In this document: positions 23,022 to 36,140 of the stretch, in pieces | Layout of the letters: each line of letters begins with the position of its first letter | Numbering within the stretch: the stretch's first letter is position 1 | DNA from: Leucoraja erinacea | Lineage: Eukaryota | Length of the DNA: 64,000 nucleotides | Assembly (NCBI RefSeq): GCF_028641065.1 | Contig: NC_073378.1 | Location: 127,224,001-127,288,000, forward strand | Direction: 5' to 3' | Program-made: the position numbers and the translations under genes | The notes under the pieces: generated by a model | What the model was told of the DNA's origin: nothing | The model's database searches: none | The model's input: the letters and a program-made list of their open reading frames with translations, nothing else

Positions 23022-23337
23022 CGTGTTGTGGTGCAGCGGTAGAGTTCTGCCTTACTGTGCTTGCAGCGCCAGAGACCCGGGTTTGATCTCGACTACTGGT
23101 GCTATCTGTACGGAGTTTGTACATTCTCCCCGTAACCTGCAATGGGTTTTCTCCGAGATTTCCTCCCACACTCCAAAGACGTACAGGTTTTGTACGTTAA
23201 TTGGCTTGGTGTATGTGTAAAATTGTCCTTTGTGTGTGTAGAATAGTGTTAATGTGCGGGGATCGCTGGTCGGCGCGGAACCCGGTGGGCCGAAGGGCCT
23301 GTTTCCGCGCTGTATCTCTAAACTAATCTAAACTAAA
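23022..23337 (+). mobile_element. HE1 V-SINE, near full length
   Basis: Head, V-domain and gggccgaagggcctgtttccgcgctgtatctctaaactaa tail. Confidence 0.9.
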
Positions 23338-24949
23338 TACAGAAATTACACCAATTCTACAAGACAGAGTGCAGGAACTAGTCGGAATGTCTGAACAAGG
23401 GGAAAATGGTGGCAAAGCTCGGATCATGCCATAGTCTCGTTCGAGGGTGGCACAGTGGCGCTGTGATGGAGTTGCTGCCTTACAGCGCCAGAGTCCAAGG
23501 GCTCACATCAGGCAAATGAGTGACTATTGCCAGCTGAACAATGGAATCTTCGAACATCTGCCTACCTGAATACGTTGACAAGACAACTATCTGCATAAAG
23601 GTAGACACACAAAGCTGGAGTAACTCAGCGGGACAAGCAGCATCTCTGGAGAGAAGGAATGGGTGATGTTTCAGGTCGAGACCCTTCTTCAAACCGGCAT
23701 CTGCAGTGCCTTCCTACACATTTTCTACATGAAGATTTTGCCTTGTTTACAAAGGGACAGGTAACAGCTGAGATGATATTGCAGCAGTGTCCTTCATGTG
23801 CCTAGACAAATATTTAATGCAAATTCCTCAACAATGGTAAAAAAAAATATCAAAAAGGAATAATAAAAACTAAAACGCGAGAGATTCTCTGAAAGCCAAA
23901 GTGTAAAGTAAAACCAGTCATTGGCATTACTGCTTCAGTGTCCTATGACACTAATTAATTAATTATCAATTCAACTAATTTTCTTCCTTCCCTAAGTCAA
24001 CTTCAACTTGTCGAGAGAATCCTACAATCAGATCAATGCGTTTCAGGAGCTCCTCAAATTATTCCATTTAAATCAGTGCTAATACAAAATAATAGTTGCA
24101 CAATGACCTTTCTGTACAAAAGCCAGATTAATTTAGAGAGGTGCATTTTTCTAAAATGAAAGTTATTATAACATATGTTCAAATGCATTTGCTCAACATA
24201 GCATCTGATTATTTTTGTTACTCTAATAGGTTTACTTCTGTCAGATTATTATAATAAACTATATTCCAGCTATAAATACCCTCATTTTCAAATTGAAAAG
24301 CAGGAGAATGGCTTGCTAATCATTACTAACAGCCTCAAGGTAGCTAAGCAATGACCTCTATTTACTTTAGTTATGAATAGAATGAATGCGGTAAGAACTC
24401 TAATCGTTCCACATGTCCCATTCTCAAGACCAATTCCGTTTCAAACCATATTTCTAAAGAGCATAAATAAATGTAATTGGATAAAGCCGCATATTGCATG
24501 AAAAATGATCTTGAGAGAAGGCTATCATCTTGTCTCATACATGTCAGACTGCAGTCTTTCAGCCTGGGACAGATATTATCATCCCTTTATTCCATCTGTC
24601 AGCTCTGCCACACTCAGCAAGAAATGGAGTTAGTCATTGCTTAGTCTTACAAACAAATTTAATTTGCAAGTCTCTCTGCAAAACAGAAGTAGAAGAACAG
24701 GCATTAAAATGAGTGATCTAAGTCGAGCATCTCCGATATTGTGCAGTCTGCAGTGTTACGCTCCACTCGTGAACCTCTACACTGGAATACGTGGCCTCAA
24801 AATAGTTCAGCTTTCAACACAAACTGTGGAACATCGCCACTCAATGAAAGGACTGTAAGCCATATTTGCATAATGCTGCTGGGTGCAGAGTTTTAATTCA
24901 AAAGGAAGAGTTAACCCAATGACAAATACTGCAATTAAAGTGCAGGAAA

Positions 24950-25980
24950 GGATGGCACAGTGGTGCAGCGGTAGAGGTGCTGCCTTACAGCGCCAGAGAG
25001 CTGGGTTCAATCTCGACTATGGCTGCTGTCTGTAAGGAGTTTGTACGTTCTCTCCGTGACTGCGCACAAATAACAATCAGCCCAAGAAAACAAAGTCCCC
25101 ATTTTTTTTAACAACTTTGTTCTTTTAGAAAGGCTTTTTGTTGGAAACAATAATATATTTTAAGATGGGCACTCAGTGGCCAGATCACAAATGCATTTAG
25201 GAAAGAACTGCTGATGCTGGTTTAAATCAAAGGTGGACACAAAATGCTGGAGTAACTCAGCAGGACAGGCTGAATCTCTGGTGGGAAGGATTGGGTGACG
25301 TTTTTGGGTTGAGACTCTTCTTCAGATTGAAGCATTTTGCGTCTACCACAAATGTATTTAGTTTAGAGAAGCAGCAAGGAAACAGGCCCTTCAGCCCACC
25401 AAAACAATGCCAACCATTATCACGCTCACACTAGTTCTATGCTATCCCACTTTCTCCTTTACCCCCTATACATATGGGGTAATTTACAGAGGCCAATTAA
25501 CCTTCAATCAGGCACATCCACTGGGAAGGAGGAGATGTAGGAGAAAACCAAAGCAGCCGGAGGTTAGCCACAGGGATAACATGCAAACTCCACACAGACA
25601 GCAGCACGGTGGCGCAGCAGTAGAGTTGCTGCCTTACAACGCCAGAGACCCAGTTTTGATCCTGACTACGGGTTTGTGTCTGTACGGAATTTGTACGTTC
25701 TCGCCATGACCACGTGGGATTTCTCCAAGATTGGCGGTTTCACCCGCACTCCAAAGACGTACAGGTTTGTGAGTTAATTGGCTTGGTGCAAGTGTACATT
25801 GTCCCTAATGTGTGTAGGATAATGTTAATGTGCGGGGATTGCTGGTCGGCGCGGAGTCGGTGGGCCAAAGGTTCGCGCTGTATCTCTAAACTACACTAAG
25901 CTCGGGTCCCAAGGTCAGGATCGAACCCTGGTCTCTCGTGCTGTGAGGCAACAATTCGAGCAGCTGTGCCTCTGTGCTGC
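24950..25980. mobile_element. Cluster of HE1 SINE copies plus a PLE insertion (25201-25346)
   Basis: HE1 heads at 24950 (+) and 25600-25898 (+), with an older minus copy split around the latter. The PLE piece is flanked by cacaaatg[c/t]atttag. Confidence 0.8.
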
Positions 25981-27079
25981 ATTGCACACGTAAGATGTTC
26001 AATTTCTACCACGAGGAAAATCACGCCACTGCATGGCCATTTTGTTCCATTGTTGCCCCACAGTGTGTCCCTAGGAGCAAAAAACACACTTACACTTCGA
26101 TTAAAGGATATTGTATCATGATGGGGAGTGCCATAGTTTTGCTTCCCTTCCTATCAGTCCGTCATTTGTAAGAGTGCCTATTATGTTTATCAAAACCCTC
26201 CGCAGTAGAACTAATAAATCTTTTGCAAGCATTCCACTCATTAGAAAACATTAAATGCAGTCTCTAAACTAAATTACATTTTGCCATTTCTGCTCCTGGA
26301 TTACACTGTAAATCAGTGATGATGAATGCATTTATCTAGGTTCCCACAGGCAACACAGTACAGGCAGCAGTAAAGATATCAACTACCTGTAATATTTCAC
26401 TCACAAATTGCATCAAGGTTAAAAAAAAGATTTAAACAGGAAATACCAAAAACAATTGTGAGATTTGACACAACATTTTTATAATGCAAACATTTTTAAG
26501 TCAACACCAGAATCACAAACACTGCACTCTTTCATTAATGAGAGATATTCTTGTGACCAGGGCATTCCTTGCAAGGTCTCTGTAGTTGTAACCCGAACAC
26601 TGTAAGACTCCATTCTACACTATGGTTGTTTTTTCTCTTTGCACTACCTGTTGTACTTGTCCATGACTTGAATTGTGCACATGAACAGTAAGATTTGACT
26701 GGATAGCACAAAGTATTTCACTACTTCTGCATGTGTTCACCTAATGTAAAATATACACATGACCACAACAAACCAATACCAACATTAAATGCCCATCTCC
26801 ATTTTCCCCAAGAATAATGGATAGTCTTCTTGATCCATTCAATGTTAATAGTTTGACACTACTCATTATGTTGCTCAGCTGTTTCAGAGGCCAGTTCAGA
26901 GCTGACCATATTGTATTGTGTTCAGATTTGCATTTGGGTCAAACCAGGATAGGAGTGAAAATTTCCGATTCAGGGATACCAGTGTGCCGGTCATGTTCTT
27001 CTGACAATCCTTCAACTTTTGCTGACATCATGTTTCAATTGTAAAACAAATTATGTCTCTGAAATATTATGGGATTCAA

Positions 27080-27320
27080 AATGTGTAAGAAAGAACTGCA
27101 GATGCTGGTTAAAATCGAAGGTAGACACAAAATGCCGGAGTAACTCAACGGGTGAGGCAGCATCTCTGGAGAGAAGGAATGGGCGACGTTTCGGGTCGAG
27201 ACCCCTCTTCAGACTGATGTGGACACAAAATGCCGCTTTCTGCAGGAATAACTCAGCAGGTGAGGCAGCATCTCTGGAGGACACAAAATGTCGGAGTAAC
27301 TCAGTGGGTGAGGCAGCATA
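27080..27320 (-). mobile_element. PLE pLTR with internal tandem re-duplications
   Basis: gacacaaaatg...taactca..ggtgaggcagca occurs three times. Confidence 0.8.
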
Positions 27321-28236
27321 AGGCAAATGCTTATTCCCTGGTTTACATATTCAACACATTATTAAACACATGACTTTAATGGTGCTACAAAACTACCTTC
27401 AGCAAAGAAAACATTACATGAGAAACGTCCTTAAGTTATTTGCATGTAAATACACACAATTGTGCACACGGCAGGTCTGAAATTTACTACCATGATTTAA
27501 TATAACTTCCTTTACAAGTTACATATCTGCACACATGAAGTTACATGAAAAATTTACTTTGCTTGCTGCACGGCACATCATTTGTCATCTGGTAATTTAG
27601 TTTGACGAGTCATTGGGACTGAACTGATTACAACAATTAGTATTTCGAGGTGGACATGTCATAATGCCATTGCTCCACCAGGAACACTTGATATATCATG
27701 TCGACTGTCAGCAAAAATAAAGAACGACTCCAAGCCTTATTATGAAGACAATTACTGCCATGGCATTGAGACTGAACATCACAAATCACTCACTTAAATT
27801 TCAAAACACACTACGTTAAGAGCTTGTTAAGGCTGCAGACTGATTGACACCTTCACCGAATATCCTGTTTAACAAAAGGCAAAATGAAAGCCTGGACCAT
27901 TGTGTGTCAAAATCAAACTGAATGCATGTTATCATTAATGGTTGCAATGCAATGCAACAGGAAATGCCACCAGGAGGACTTTTAAAGGGTCTGTTTGGTT
28001 CACATAAAGTGTTTATAATAATACATTTACTGAAAAAAAAACCCCAATACAACCGATTCCCAAATCAAGTTTATCTGCTCATTTCAACTGAATTTTTGTT
28101 GAAGTGTTACACCAACTTGGTTGGCTTAAATTCTAACTCAGTAAACGGTGCGACAAGTGGTAAACTATTCAATTGTCACCGCCATTTCAAACTCAAGAGC
28201 ATCCCCAACTTCTGTCCGAGTTACTGCATACAATGT

Positions 28237-28441
28237 GTAGGAAGGAACTGCTGATGCTGGTTTACACCAAAGGTGGACACAAAAAGCTGGAGTAACTCAG
28301 CGGGACAGGCAGCATCTCCGGAGAGAAGGAAAGGGCGGCGTTCTTGTTCCGAAGTGGGGTCTCGTCCCGAAGCGTCACCCATTCCTTCGCTCCGGAGATG
28401 CTGCCTGTCCCGCCGAGTTACTCCGGCATTTCGTGTCAAAC
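28237..28441. mobile_element. PLE-derived inverted-duplicated insertion
   Basis: Flanked by the 16-bp direct repeat ttactgcatacaatgt (28221-28236, 28442-28457). Confidence 0.85.
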
Positions 28442-28845
28442 TTACTGCATACAATGTTTGCACTTAAGCACTGAGATCTTAGCCACCATTTATTCATTCA
28501 TTCACTGAATCATAGATGTGTCTCACACTCCACATCACGAGGGCTACAAATGCTGAGAACATGACCAAATGTTGGAAATCTAAAGCAAAGAAAGAAGTGG
28601 TGGAAATTCTCAAAGATAGACCCAAAATCCTGGAGCGGGCAGGCAGCATCTCTAGAGAGAAGGTGACGTTTCGTTTCAAGACCCTTCTTCAGACTTACTC
28701 AGAAATATTCAAGTCTGAAACGATGAAACAAAGTAGCAATGCTCCTGCTCAAAATAAAAGCAATGAATGCTGCTTACAAACATTTTCTTCGCATAAAACA
28801 TTTTCTCCACGGCTCCTTAAGTAAGCAAACACCTAGTGTATTTAA

Positions 28846-29385
28846 CGGGGCTGTCCCACATGGGCGACCTAATCCGCGAGTTCTGGCGAGTTTGCCCTCG
28901 ACTCATTCTCGCAGCATGGTTGATACAAGGTCGTAGGAGGTTTTCGTAACTCTCATGCTTGAGAGTGGTCTCCGAGTACTAGAGGCCTCAGCTAGGTCAC
29001 GGTGTTTTTTTCAATATGTTAAAAAATGCCTGCGAGTAAAAAAAGGTGGCAATGGAAAAAATCAATACTTTTTTTACTCGTAGGTTTAGTCATAGTAGGT
29101 CGGCATGTTAGTCGTAGGTAATCGAGGGCAGTCGAAGGTAGTCGAAGATAGTCTTCATCATAGTCGAAGGGAGGTCGACGGAGATCGAAGGGAGGTCGTC
29201 TTCACTCTCTACTATTCGGTGTCCAATTTTCCCGAAGTTTGTCGTAGCTAGTCGAAGCTGGTCTTCAACATAGTCAAAGGAGGGCGAAGGAGGTCTTCTA
29301 CATAGTTGAAGGAGGTCTTCAACATGTCATTTTTTCAAACTCTTCTAAAACTCACCAATTAGGTCGCCCAAGTGGGACAGCCCCT
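28846..29385. mobile_element. PIF/Harbinger-type MITE with internal agtcgaagg-like repeats
   Basis: TAA|CGGGGCTGTCCCACATGGGCGACCTAAT...ATTAGGTCGCCCAAGTGGGACAGCCCCT|TAA. Confidence 0.9.
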
Positions 29386-29804
29386 TAAGACTGGCATTTT
29401 TCCACAATGCAACACAAGTTGAAAACATTTTTCCCACTCTTAACAGTCATTAACTGAGCAATTTCCTGTGAACTTTAAAATCAAAACAGCTTGTTTCTAT
29501 CACTGTCATAACAACATAACATCTTCAATCAGCCTGCCTTTTCTTTTCCTTCCTCCTTTTATCAGAAATTGACCAAATGTATTTTACATTAGTAGAGGAA
29601 AAAATATCCTAAACCTACTTGACCTATTGTACGATACACAAAAGGGGCTCTAAACTCATTGTTATTTTTAAATCCCGCCCTATGCTTCCAATCGTAAAGA
29701 CAAGGATTTATCAACACCAGTTTCATGAATAACTGGTTCTAATTCTATTAAGCCGTTCTCCTCATGTGGTCTATGCTTCTTTAATTTGTGGGAACAAAGA
29801 GGAA

Positions 29805-29970
29805 AATGTTTCGGAAGGAACTGTGGATGATGGTTTAAACCAAAGATAGACACATAAAGCTGGAGTAACTCAGCGGGTCAGGCAGCATCTCTGGAGAAAA
29901 GGAACAGGTGACGTTTCGGGTCGAGACCCTTCTTCAGACTGAGAGTTAGGGGAAGGGAAACGAGAGATAG
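29805..29970 (-). mobile_element. PLE pLTR with intact hammerhead-like core
   Basis: gacgtttcgggtcgagacccttcttcag at 29910-29937. Confidence 0.85.
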
Positions 29971-30559
29971 AAAATGTCTCAGTACAGAATCTAAAAATAC
30001 ATTCCCGAGAATGGATTATGCTACAAAAATGTCAATGTTTTGTTGCATGTGGTAGGTAAAGCACCAGGGTTGGGTGTTTATGCGTGCTATTTTCATGATA
30101 TTTATTTTAGTTGTTTATCTTTTAATATTTTATCTTGTATGTATCGTTAGCTTTTAGAAATGTTTGAATGGTGCACTGACTGGCTGACATTTTTAAATTT
30201 CGTTGTACATGGTTCATGTTACAATGACAATAAAGAAACTATTCTTCTATTCTAATGACTTTATTTCCCATATGCAGCAGACAATCTTATTTCTGTTTCA
30301 ATAACTTGCAGGAACATTGAGATGAAATTGTTTACTGGCTAAAAAAACCTGAAAGTTGAGTTCAGTTTATTGTCATGTGCAATTAGACTCCTGGACATGT
30401 CGATGGATAGAAAACGGGTGGAGGGAAATGGTCTAGTGTAGTGTAGTGGGGATAGGCATCTTGGTCAGACTGAATGAATTGGGCAGAAGGGCCTGTTTCT
30501 GTACTCTGTAGCCCCATGACTCAAAGATAGAAGTTGCCACAATGATAATAGGAGATTGT

Positions 30560-30838
30560 AGTTTAGTTTAGTTTAGTTAAGAGATACAGCGTGGAAACAG
30601 GCCCTTCGGCCCACTGAGTCCAGCAATCACCAATACACAGGTTTTATCCCACATACTAGGGACAATTTAGAAGCCAATTAACCTACACGCCTGCATGTCT
30701 TTGCAATGTGGGGGGGATCCGGAGCACCGGGAAAAATCCACGCGGTCACAGGGAGAATGTACAAACTCCGTACAGACAGCACCCACAGTCAGGATCGAAC
30801 CTGGCACTGTAAGGCAGCAACTCTACCGCTGCGCCACC
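30560..30838 (-). mobile_element. HE1 V-SINE
   Basis: Reverse complement of HE1. Confidence 0.85.
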
Positions 30839-31169
30839 TATAATGAGGGGACAGGAGGGGAAATAAACCATTCAGGTGGGGTTGATGGTCATAGCAACAT
30901 TTATTTCCAGTGTTAAAAATATTCTATTTCGCTAACATCCTTCGGCTGAGGAATCGTGTTTAAAATGAACTAAACTAAATGTGACCTTTAGTGCACATCA
31001 GAAACTCAGAAGTGGCAGTAACTACAAGCAGGAATGGACTGTTCCTGCATTTGACATTTAAACAGATAGTTAATGACACACTTTTCAAAAAGCCATCGCT
31101 TGCCTTCATTTCTAATACAATGTACTCTTTTAGAGTCACAGAGTCAGAGAATTAATAGGATTCTGAGGG

Positions 31170-31400
31170 ATTCTCACACAAAGGGTGGTGGGGTATGGAA
31201 CAAGCTGCCAGAGGAGGTAGTTCAGGCTGGGACTATCCCAACGTTTAAGAAACAGTTAGACAGGTACATCGATAGGACAAGTTTGGAGGGATATGGACCA
31301 AACGCAGGCAGGTGCGACTAGTGTAGCTGGGACATGTAGGCCAGTGTGGGCGAGTTGGGCTGAAGGGCCTGTTTCCACACTGTATCACCCCATGACCCTA
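31170..31400 (+). mobile_element. CR1 LINE 3' fragment
   Basis: VWNKLPEEVV...FKKQLDRYIDR...EGYGPNAG plus tail. Confidence 0.85.
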
Positions 31401-31679
31401 TGAGAGCTATTGCACCATCTGATGAAGGCTTATTTTTGCTTATTTTCCTGATCTTTCCCTGTAATTTTATGAATGGTGCCATAGCGTTTATCACCCTTTC
31501 CTTGCGAACAATGGATCAAGAAAAATCTATCACTTCTAAAGGTATCTGTTCAAATACAAACTCATGCACTTTTCACATTTACAAAAGTATCCAAACCACT
31601 TTCCTAAACAAACATGGATATGTCGAAAGCACGAATCTTTGCAGTGTTCTAACATTTTTTTAAATACCATTCTTTACTG

Positions 31680-32335
31680 AAGATGGACACATAAATGCTG
31701 GAGTAAAGGGCCTGTCACACGAGCATGCAACCTGCATGCGGCAAGCGTGACCAAACCGGAAGCGGGGGTCGCGCGGAGGTCGAGTGAGTGACGTGAAGTT
31801 CGAGCGAAGTCCGCGGGAAGTTCGTGCGTGACGTACGGCGTAGAGATGCTGCGCACGCCCGTCCCGCCCGTCGAGGCGGTGCGTACGGCGTCGAGGCGGC
31901 TGCGGGCCGGCAGGCCGTGTCCGCGCGGAATTATTAAACACGGTCAGTTTTTCAGAGCCCCGCGCGATGTTGGGACCAGCTCCGCACAACTCCATACGGC
32001 TCCAGCGATCGAAGTGGGACCGGCCCCGCGAGGCCGTACGACTCAAGCGACCACGGTAGGTCGCGCTTGCCGCATGGATTCGCATGCTCGTGGGACAGGC
32101 CCTTAACTCAGCAGGACAGGCAGCATCTCTGGAGAGAAAGAATGGGTGATATTTCGGGTTGTCATGGAAGTGGGCGGGACAGAGATAGAATGTAATCAGA
32201 GACAATAAGACTGATCGGAGAACTGGGAAGGGGGAGGGATGGAGAGAGAGAAAGCAAGCGCTACTTGAAGTTAGAGAAGTCAATGTTCATAACGCTGGGA
32301 CGTAAGCTGCCCAAGCGAAATATGAGGTGCTGTTT
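31680..32335 (-). mobile_element. PLE 3' end (ORF end, UTR, pLTR) split by a MITE
   Basis: Minus strand reads HLIFRLGSLRPSVMNIDFSNFK* at about 32262-32330, then the repeat. Confidence 0.85.
31707..32103. mobile_element. PIF/Harbinger-type MITE, GC/CpG-rich
   Basis: Inserted in the host sequence ggagTAActcag with TAA duplicated; TIR AGGGCCTGTC[A/C]CACGAGCATGC. Confidence 0.92.
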
Positions 32336-32930
32336 ACTGGATTTGGATTTCGGCAAGGGAATTCAAAGGTGGTGCTGGGCTAATTATGTTTAATGGTGTG
32401 GAGCAAGCAATAGAGGATTGATGACACAATAACTTGACTGTACCCTGTGGACATTCTCTTTCTGGAATAAGAAGCCCTTCAAAGAGAAAGAGCCCGAAAG
32501 CGATTTTCTAATTCAATTCTTACACTGAAACCACATCAACATGAGGAATCAGATGAACTGTAACTCCGAATTGATCATTTCTGCCACAAGTCTCATCCAT
32601 CTGTGATATTGGCTCAGGTTCTCTCTCTCCACCAGCTCAGCCTGACCTGCTGGATACATCCAGCAACCCTGCATTTCATAGCTCCTTTTATTTCTCCAAT
32701 AGGGAGAGGTTGAGTAGGCTGGGACTCTATTCCTTGGAGCGCAGGAGGATGAGGGGTGATCTTATAGAGGCGTACAAGACCATGAGAGGAATAGATCGTG
32801 GAGATGCACAGAGTCTCTTGACTGCATTTTGTTGTCTCTGTACTGTACACTGACAATGACAATTAAAGTTGAATCTGAATCTGAATCTGAATCTGAATCA
32901 GAGTAGGGGAATCGAGGAACAGAGGACATA

Positions 32931-33561
32931 CAGTGCCCTCCATAATGTTTGGGACAAAGACCCATCATTTATTTAATTGCCTCTGTACTCCACAATTTGA
33001 GATATGTAATAGAAAAAAATCACATGTTGTTAAAGTGCACATTGTTAGATTTTATTAAAGGCCATTCTTATACATTGTAATGTTTGGGACACATGGCTTC
33101 ACAGGAGTTTGTAATTGCTCAGGTGTGTTTAATTGCCTCCTTAATGCAGGTAGCAGAGAGCTCTCAGCATCTAGTCTTTCCTCCAGTCTTTCCATCATCT
33201 TTGGAAACTTTTATTGCTGTTTACCAACATGAGGACCAAAGTTGTGCCAATGAAAGTCAAAGAAGCCATTATGAGACTGAGAAACAGGAATAAAACTGTT
33301 GGAGACATCAGCTGAACCTTAATCTTACCAAAATCATCTGTTTGGAACATCATTAGGAAGAAAGAGAGCAGTGGTGAGCTTACTAATCGCAAAGGGACTG
33401 GTAGACCAAGGACGACCTCCACAGCTGATGACAGAAGAATTCTCTCTACAATAAACAAAAATCCCCAAACACTAGTCCAACAGATCAGGAGTCAGGTGTG
33501 GATTTGTCAATGGCCACTGTGTGCAGAAGACTTCATGAACAGAAATACAGAAGCTACACTG
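32931..33561 (+). mobile_element. Tc1/mariner transposon left end with decayed transposase N-terminus
   Basis: TA|CAGTGCCC terminus. From ATG 33229: MRTKVVPMKVKEAIMRLRNRNKTVGDIS*TLILPKSSVWNIIRKKESSGELTNRKGTGRPRTTSTADDRRI (paired-like HTH and GRPR motif). Confidence 0.92.
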
Positions 33562-33907
33562 TCAATAATGTATTGATGTAATTGATATGTATGATTGGAT
33601 TGTATGGGGACCACCCCTATGTAGTTCAGCCCCTCAAGGTTCATGGACCTAAAAAAGGTAGCCCCCATTTAGATCGGTGTCGATCTTCTGGAAGGTCGTT
33701 TGGGACTGCGTGACCTTTTGGGTAGTGTCCGCTTGCACGAGGCTGAAGGGCTTGGCCAGGCAGAGACAAGGATCGAACCCGCCGTGGTTTAGGTATCGCA
33801 TAGGGGAATTTGTTGTTCGTTCTAAAAATAAAGATAAGTTGGTCCTGTGCTTGAGTCAGTGTTTTCTGAACTAGACTAGGGGGGTAAGCTTCAGGGGCAT
33901 ACTTACA
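33560..33907 (+). mobile_element. Possible solo LTR
   Basis: TGT...ACA ends, an internal AATAAA and an abrupt truncation of the Tc1. No TSD found. Confidence 0.35.
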
Positions 33908-34371
33908 CAAGGGCATCAACGATGTAGATTGGGATATCAGGAATTTATCGTTCCCGTTTGAGACGTCTATCAAGGGTGCAATAACAGCGGGGAAGCAGCT
34001 GTCCGTGAATCTGATGGTGTGTGCTCTTGAGCTTTTGCCTGACAGGAGAGGTGAGAAGTGAGAATAACCAGAGGGGCCCTTGATTATGTTGGCTGCTTTC
34101 CCAAGGAAGTATGTAGAGAGGCAGGGGGAAGCCGGTTTGTGGGACAAATTCTCTGCAAATTTCTTTCACAATTCTCTGCAAATTTCTTGCCGGTCTTTGG
34201 CAGAGCAGGTCAAGGTTGGCTGCTAGAGGCATCCCCGGGCTGAAGAGGGCCGGGTGTGGAGAGGGACGACGGTTCGCTGGACACCCGGAATGGAGGTGAC
34301 GGCTGCAACGGGCCTTGATCACCTGCTGTAGCTGGGACTGTAAAGTGGAGCCAAAATGGCGACTCTTGCAA

Positions 34372-34586
34372 TAGACACAAGATGCTGATGTAACTCAGCG
34401 GGACAGGCAGCATCTGTGGACAGGAGGAATGGGTGACGATTCGGGTCGAGACCCTTCTTCGGACCCGACCCAAAACATCACCCTGGATTCCTTCCATCCA
34501 GAGATGCTGCCTGTCCCGCTGAGTTACTCTAGGTTTTTGTGTCTATCTTTGGTGTAAACCAGTATCTGGCAGTTCCTTCCATCAAG
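34372..34586. mobile_element. PLE-derived inverted-duplicated insertion
   Basis: Flanked by tggcgactct[t/g]gcaa (34357-34371, 34587-34601). Confidence 0.85.
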
Positions 34587-35344
34587 TGGCGACTCTGGCA
34601 AACGGATTTAGTGGGCTGTTCTGTACATTCTGTACTGGCAGAGATGGTGCTTATGTGCGGGGATAGTCTTGCTGAGATCTGAGGCTAAATAAATATTTCA
34701 CAGTACCTCGGTACACGTGATAATAAGAAAACAACTTCTTATTGCACATGCTTCTGAGTCCTGCCACATATGGGTTCCCATTCCTTGTTCCTGGTTCCCA
34801 ACGCGCATTAAATCCCATTCCCAATCCCTCAATTTGGTAGCGTATCTAATTACGATTCCAGTCCCTGTCTCCAGAGATGGTGGGCAATGACAAGTACCGC
34901 TGTGTTTATTGTGCTCCTATCTTTTTTCAAGGGACATTCTTTTACTTCATCACTTTGTGAGATAATCTGGCAAGTAGCCACAACTTGAATGCCGGAATAT
35001 CAGTGGAAAGCTATCAGGATGCGCGCGGAATGTGTTGAAGGACCAAGTGTCAAATCTGATTTGCACAAATGAGATTATCGCACGCTTCAAAACAATTTTT
35101 ATTTTTATTTTGCTAGAGGTGGTAAATTGTTGGATTTTGACAATTTTTTTTTATTGTTTTAACAAAATCAAAACAATTCTTTGAGATATTTTCACTGGAG
35201 GTTACAGCTTGAATTTTGCAATTAACGTTCATGATGTTCTTTAGAAGGTTGTGCACCTGTACCAATAAAAGCATAATAACTTGGATTCTGTGGGTGGCAA
35301 GTTACCATCTTTTTAATACAGTTATTTATTCACCAATAGGCCGA

Positions 35345-36140
35345 AGTGCAGAAGATTGAAAAGTTGAAATTCCTTGGAGTGAATATCACCAACAACCTTG
35401 CCAGGACCACCCATACTGAAGCAACGACCAAGAAAGCACACCAACGAACGGCTCTACTTCCCAAGGAGGCTTAGGAAGTTCGGCATGTCCCCAAACAACC
35501 CTCACCAACTTCTACAGATGCACCATAGAAAGCATTTTATCGGCACGAATCACAGCTTAGTTTGGGTGCACCACATACAAGAACCACAAAAGATTGCAGC
35601 AAATTGTGGATGCAGCCCAGACCATTACACAAACCATCAGCCTGAAGAAGGGTCTCGACACGAAACGTCACCCATTCCTCCGCTCCATAGATGCTGCCTT
35701 GCCCGCTGAGTTTCTCCAGCATTTTTGTCTACCTTCCCTGCTATTAACTCCATTTATACCTCACGTTGCCTCGGCAAGGCCAGCAGCACAATCAAGGACG
35801 AGTCACACCCTGGCCACTCTTCTCCCCTCTCCCATTATCCAAAAGGTACAGAAGTGTGAAAATGCACACCTCCAGATTCAGGGCAGTTTCTGCCCCAGCT
35901 GTTGTCAGGCAACTGAGCCATCCTACCACAACCAGAGAGCAGTGCTGAACTGCTGTCTACCTCATCAGGGGCCTTCGAACTATCTTTACTGCCTTTGCCT
36001 TGGACTAAACACTGTTCCTTTGTCATGGAACTGTACACTGCGAATGGCTCAGTTGTAATCATGTATTGTCTTTCCACTGGCTGGTTTGCAATAAAAGCCT
36101 TTCACTGTACCTCAGTGTACATGTGACAGTAAACTAAACT
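35345..36140 (+). mobile_element. Rex1/Babar LINE 3' fragment with a PLE repeat inserted (about 35637-35733)
   Basis: KFLGVNITNNL...RLYFPRRLRKFG...FYRCTIESILS...KRYRSVKMHTSRFR. Confidence 0.88.

Noticed and set aside
26317-26400. C/D snoRNA (gtgatga/atgatga)
   Set aside because: No suitably placed D box or terminal stem was found.
27051-27326. Recurrent peptide LKKGLDPKRHPFLLSRDAACPAELLQHF as a host gene
   Set aside because: It is the translation of the PLE pLTR repeat, with frames frequently broken. It may overlap the PLE ORF start but is not a host gene.
31660-32283. 207-aa minus-strand ORF as a transposase
   Set aside because: It crosses a GC-rich MITE and PLE UTR and shows no DDE or Myb motif.
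32762-32968. DSDSDS-containing ORF
   Set aside because: It derives from the (GAATCT)n tail of a small LINE fragment nested in CR1.
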